Made by a program: the position numbers and the translations under genes
Virus record (IMG/VR): IMGVR_UViG_3300044959_000131
Span: 64,001-128,000 of that record
Reading direction: 5' to 3' (one strand)
DNA length: 64,000 nt
DNA from: a virus
The notes under the pieces: model-generated
The model's database searches: none
What the model saw: only the letters and a program-made list of their open reading frames with translations
Told to the model about the DNA's origin: nothing
Shown here: piece after piece, positions 60,438 to 64,000 of the stretch
Numbering within the stretch: position 1 is the first letter of the stretch
Layout of the letters: the number at the start of each line of letters is the position of its first letter

Positions 60438-61214
60438 ATGACCTACTATCTTTCAAAGAATGCCTCTGTTAGTAAGCCTATGTCAGAGGCAGCGAAGCGA
60501 GTTGCTGAGTGGGTCAAGAAGAATCCACATCAGATTGCTGGTGCTGGTATTGGAGCAGCTCTCGCGGCACTTGGGACATATATCGTAAGTAGACCTGGTA
60601 AATCCGGCCGATCGATTGACCAAGGCGAGTCGAGCAAGCTCAAGCGACCAAAGAAGGACGAGACATTTGCCGAAGGTCTTGCTCGCATTTTTCACAATAC
60701 GAGAACAGAAATAGCAGATCTTGCTGCTAAGCATCCAGTGTCTATGGCTCTCGCGTCTGTTCCAACCGGAGCGGCCCTTGGACGCGCTATTGCAACTAAG
60801 CTCAAAACTGGGTCTGCCATGTACAAGCTCGCATCTCCAGAAATCATTGAACTTGTCAAGGAGTGGGGACGTGAGAGAGCAAGAAGGGAAACCTATACGC
60901 TGAACAGGATGTACGAGGCCACCGAGAAGTTGGCATTTGGAACGGACATCGGTCATGCCATCGGTTCCCTCGGGAGGCACATTATTAGGACACCATCTGC
61001 TACAAGGGCCATTATCGGTGCAGGGATAGGAGCCGCAAAACACTACTTGGTCGGTAATAATCAGGGTACGGCATCGCTTTTGGGTGATATGGCCCTTGGA
61101 GCAGGGGCTGGTCTAGGAGCACCACACGCCATAGGCTTGTTGAGTCGTATGAAGGGTGAAGGTTTTGGTGGCGCGATTGGCGAAGGTGTCCGTCGTGGTC
61201 TCGCTGGAAAGTAA
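60438..61214 (+). CDS. Two-module glycine-zipper protein split by K-x-A sites
   Basis: IAGAGIGAALAALG module, then YKLAS...EKLAF, then AIIGAGIGAA and LGAGAGLGA module. Confidence 0.75.
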   Translation: MTYYLSKNASVSKPMSEAAKRVAEWVKKNPHQIAGAGIGAALAALGTYIVSRPGKSGRSIDQGESSKLKRPKKDETFAEGLARIFHNTRTEIADLAAKHPVSMALASVPTGAALGRAIATKLKTGSAMYKLASPEIIELVKEWGRERARRETYTLNRMYEATEKLAFGTDIGHAIGSLGRHIIRTPSATRAIIGAGIGAAKHYLVGNNQGTASLLGDMALGAGAGLGAPHAIGLLSRMKGEGFGGAIGEGVRRGLAGK

Positions 61215-61241
61215 TGAGCTCGCGCTACCTGTGGATTATCA

Positions 61242-63002
61242 ATGTCCAGGCGCCTGCCGATCGATGCACACCTCATCGGTTACTGGGGCTTCGACGAGGC
61301 CCTGGAGACAGATACTGCAATCGATGGAACAGGCAACTCACTCGATCTGACAGTCAACGCTTCGAGTGGTACAGCTCCAGGTCGCGTTGGAAACTCTAGA
61401 CTGTTTGATGGCGCATCATCGTATGCGTCAATCTCCAGCGCACTACTCAGGTTGACTGGTGACCTGACGTTGATGGTATGGGCAAAGCTCAATTCCTACA
61501 ACCCGTCAGGTACACAGCTTCGAGCACTCATATCATGTGGCGGTCCAACGACGGGTGATAATCTACTGTACGGTGTTGCAGTAACTCTCTCTGGGCAACT
61601 GACATACCGTCACACATCAGCGTCCGGAGAAGTCGTCGTCTCAACGCCTCCGGGCACCATCAGGACGAATCAGTTCTATTTCATTGTGATTCGTCGAATC
61701 GCAAATGGACCGAACCAAGACATCGAAATCTACGTCGACAACGTTCTGAAGTCGACGACGGTTACTGTTGGTGGCTCACCGTCGTCGATGCCAGTTCCTC
61801 CACCGTTGCCAAATCCTTCGGCCATCTTCAGCGTTGGTCGTTCACAGAGAGAACCAGATTTCGCATTTTGGCATGGGGCTGTCGACGAACTCTCCGTCCA
61901 TGACGTTGCCCGCCCATACCATGCATACCTGATCGAGGCATACTATCGAGCATCTATTCGATCAGAGACTACTAAGCTGACAACTACGAACACAGTCGTC
62001 GCTGTGTCTAGTTACGACATGGGAGCTGGAGTCAGGTGGTGGTGTATCGAGAGAGACCAAGACCTCTACGTAGTCAAAGAGTCTCCATTCGGAAACTTTG
62101 GACCAGAGACCAGGCTCACGACGGTCGGTGGAGGCAACTCATCTCTCACTGGGTCTCCAGAGCTCATTTATGACGCTGCCAACGACACACTCTACGTATT
62201 CTTTGTATCTGGGAACCGAATCTACAAGCTGACGGCAAATTCGACCGACGATCCGGCCACCGTCAACATGCCGTATACGGCAGACACCGGTAGCATCATC
62301 AAATCAGTCGATAATATCGATGGAGGTCGGTTAGGAGACTCGTCTACTGGACAGAGAACTCCATTGGAGTCAGACTTTATCTACGTCAACAGGACTCCAA
62401 TCAAACTCAGCCTAGCCGAGGCTGGAAACCTAGGAGACTCGAGCACAGGAGGTTCCTATTCTTCAGTTGTTCAGGGGACTCCGAACGCACCGAATATCGA
62501 AATCATGACCTTGCCGACATATGGTCTTGGTCTGGTGATTGGTCCAAGAGACTCCGAGACCGGCGGCTATATGGCGTACCGTCTCGAAGGCGGAGTAGCA
62601 ACAGCTCTCCCAAGTCCAATTCTGTTGCCCGATCATTCCAATAGGTACTTTGTCCCTTTGTCATCTCGACCGTACGGAATGGCCTATTACGCAGAGGCCC
62701 TAACCGTAGAAGGGAGACCGAGCGGAGTTTTCACCCCAGTCATCGTCGATTTTTTCAACGAGACCTTCGAATCTCCAACTGGAGTCATTCAGTACGGTCG
62801 AAACGGCTCTGGAACGGATAACGGAAGCCTTGGCGACTCGTCAATTGGTGCTCGAGATATTCTCGTATCTGACTTCTCGTACGTAAACCGAGCTCCCCTC
62901 AAACTATCGACCCAAGACCCGAGCGTGGATCTTCTTGGCGATTCTTCGACCGGTCAAACGGCGATTGTGAATCAGGGCTCCATCACCGTGGTGGCACAAT
63001 GA
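61242..63002 (+). CDS. LamG/concanavalin A-like domain protein, probable tail or receptor-binding appendage
   Basis: GYWGFDE, GNSRLFDG, TLMVWAK and WHGAVDELSV; C-terminal LGDSS repeats. Confidence 0.8.
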   Translation: MSRRLPIDAHLIGYWGFDEALETDTAIDGTGNSLDLTVNASSGTAPGRVGNSRLFDGASSYASISSALLRLTGDLTLMVWAKLNSYNPSGTQLRALISCGGPTTGDNLLYGVAVTLSGQLTYRHTSASGEVVVSTPPGTIRTNQFYFIVIRRIANGPNQDIEIYVDNVLKSTTVTVGGSPSSMPVPPPLPNPSAIFSVGRSQREPDFAFWHGAVDELSVHDVARPYHAYLIEAYYRASIRSETTKLTTTNTVVAVSSYDMGAGVRWWCIERDQDLYVVKESPFGNFGPETRLTTVGGGNSSLTGSPELIYDAANDTLYVFFVSGNRIYKLTANSTDDPATVNMPYTADTGSIIKSVDNIDGGRLGDSSTGQRTPLESDFIYVNRTPIKLSLAEAGNLGDSSTGGSYSSVVQGTPNAPNIEIMTLPTYGLGLVIGPRDSETGGYMAYRLEGGVATALPSPILLPDHSNRYFVPLSSRPYGMAYYAEALTVEGRPSGVFTPVIVDFFNETFESPTGVIQYGRNGSGTDNGSLGDSSIGARDILVSDFSYVNRAPLKLSTQDPSVDLLGDSSTGQTAIVNQGSITVVAQ

Positions 63003-63589
63003 ATCCATACAGAGTCGAACTTCTATCAGAAGAAGAGACCGAGAGATTTCTGAAGATGATGGAAGGTCTTACCATATTTGGTAAGCATGTTCCGGATAAG
63101 CACCGTCGCATGCTGACAGCGGATGGATTCGAGCTCAAGGGTCAGTTCGAGCTCATCGCTCGTAATGTTGACTCTGGAGAAGTCGAGTGGCATCACAGCC
63201 AAGATAATCTCGTCACAGACCTCGGACGACACGCCTTCTGGGTCTCTGGATTCACAAACAACGCCATCGGTTTTCTCCCATCCAAAGAGACACCAGTACC
63301 GACAAGGCTGTCAATTTCTACGGACGCTTCGCAGAGCTTCTTGTCAGGAAGCCTGGGAAGTGGGTCGGTCACTCCGTCGACATATACAAAACAGTTTTCC
63401 ACGACGTTCGGCGCTCCGACCGCGAACAGAACACTTGGCACGATTTACATCGCTGCACCAGGTACTCACGATCCCAACCTTGGGGCTTGGAGCATCAGGG
63501 CGTATGCTCTTCTGACGCCTCCAAAAACTCAAACGACGACCCAGACACTTGAGGTCGTCTACAAAATTTCGATGAACCCGATCTACTGA
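62999..63589 (+). CDS. Probable tail-associated structural protein
   Basis: ATGA overlap; NLVTDLG motif and Thr/Ser-rich beta strands. Confidence 0.65.
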   Translation: MNPYRVELLSEEETERFLKMMEGLTIFGKHVPDKHRRMLTADGFELKGQFELIARNVDSGEVEWHHSQDNLVTDLGRHAFWVSGFTNNAIGFLPSKETPVPTRLSISTDASQSFLSGSLGSGSVTPSTYTKQFSTTFGAPTANRTLGTIYIAAPGTHDPNLGAWSIRAYALLTPPKTQTTTQTLEVVYKISMNPIY

Positions 63590-63600
63590 GGGATTCTCTC

Positions 63601-64000
63601 ATGGCAATCAAAGACGTCATCGGCATTTTGACACTCAGAACACAGAATGGAGATGTTCTGCAAGATAGCAATCTCTCTTTTCGGATGCCTGCACTTTACA
63701 GGACCATCTATCGATGGAACAACAACTACGCTGGCGATGAGCCGTATATTTATACGCAGCCATTCAAACAAGCCTATCTTCTTGAAGATGACGACATCAC
63801 AGTCGGGCATGGTACTTTCGCTGGAACGAACTACCCCGTCTTCTTCACCAGCTCGATGTCGGCGTCTCAGATGACGACCTACGATCATCCACGATTCCGG
63901 AACACAAGGACTCTCGGAACCGTCCCGGCATCAGACATTCCAAGAGTCATCGGTTCCGTATCTGCGGCAAGTCGATATCCAGGTCAGGTAGGTGGGTGGG
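63601..64000 (+). CDS. 5' part of a probable tail-associated protein running off the window
   Basis: ATG 63601 (MAIKDVIGILTLRTQNG...) after GAGGGA; open to the window edge. Confidence 0.7.
   Translation, partial: MAIKDVIGILTLRTQNGDVLQDSNLSFRMPALYRTIYRWNNNYAGDEPYIYTQPFKQAYLLEDDDITVGHGTFAGTNYPVFFTSSMSASQMTTYDHPRFRNTRTLGTVPASDIPRVIGSVSAASRYPGQVGGW

Noticed and set aside
174-63888. Numerous 60-190 aa ORFs antisense or out of frame to long genes (e.g. 3586..4026, 7180..7671, 16353..16823, 27981..28487, 60483..61043)
   Set aside because: Fully overlapped by well-supported genes, with no ribosome-binding sites or recognisable motifs; typical shadow ORFs.
1-64000. Alternative genetic code (stop-codon reassignment), as in some large phages
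   Set aside because: Long conserved genes are uninterrupted in code 11, and TAG, TGA and TAA all occur at sensible gene ends with coupled starts.

Overview
This window is part of a large lytic dsDNA tailed phage genome (standard genetic code, roughly 50% GC by spot counts), with no bacterial chromosomal context. An overlapping spanin-like pair at the left edge points to a diderm host, and a gpV/gp5-type spike points to a contractile tail. Region 0.7-20.1 kb (minus strand) is a replication, recombination and nucleotide module: RusA, ThyX, dNMP kinase, Cas4-like nuclease, a second resolvase, RecA/UvsX, HU, family A DNA polymerase, SSB-like protein, primase, DnaB-like helicase, family 4 UDG and an SF2 helicase. 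Region 20.3-64 kb (mostly plus strand) is the virion module: portal, a single-polypeptide beta-beta' RNA polymerase of about 2,090-2,110 aa coupled to the spike gene, a J-domain protein, a LigD-type phosphoesterase-ligase, a terminase with one intein, a prohead protease with three inteins, scaffold-like proteins, major capsid protein and a LamG protein. Three small antisense islands interrupt it. The most interesting signals are: (1) a K-x-A/S motif, often within F-x-D/N-E-L-x-K-I-A/S, repeated through nearly all head-region proteins and bounding glycine-zipper and other cargo modules, which suggests a capsid-targeting and polyprotein-processing system; (2) the fused, bacterial-like RNAP lacking the beta' zinc finger; (3) a minus-strand TCGG(G/T)ATAAG motif at the heads of replication and antisense units, back to back with sigma70-like promoters that face the virion genes. 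All calls come from reading motifs by eye. No database searches were run. No tRNA, rRNA or CRISPR array was seen.
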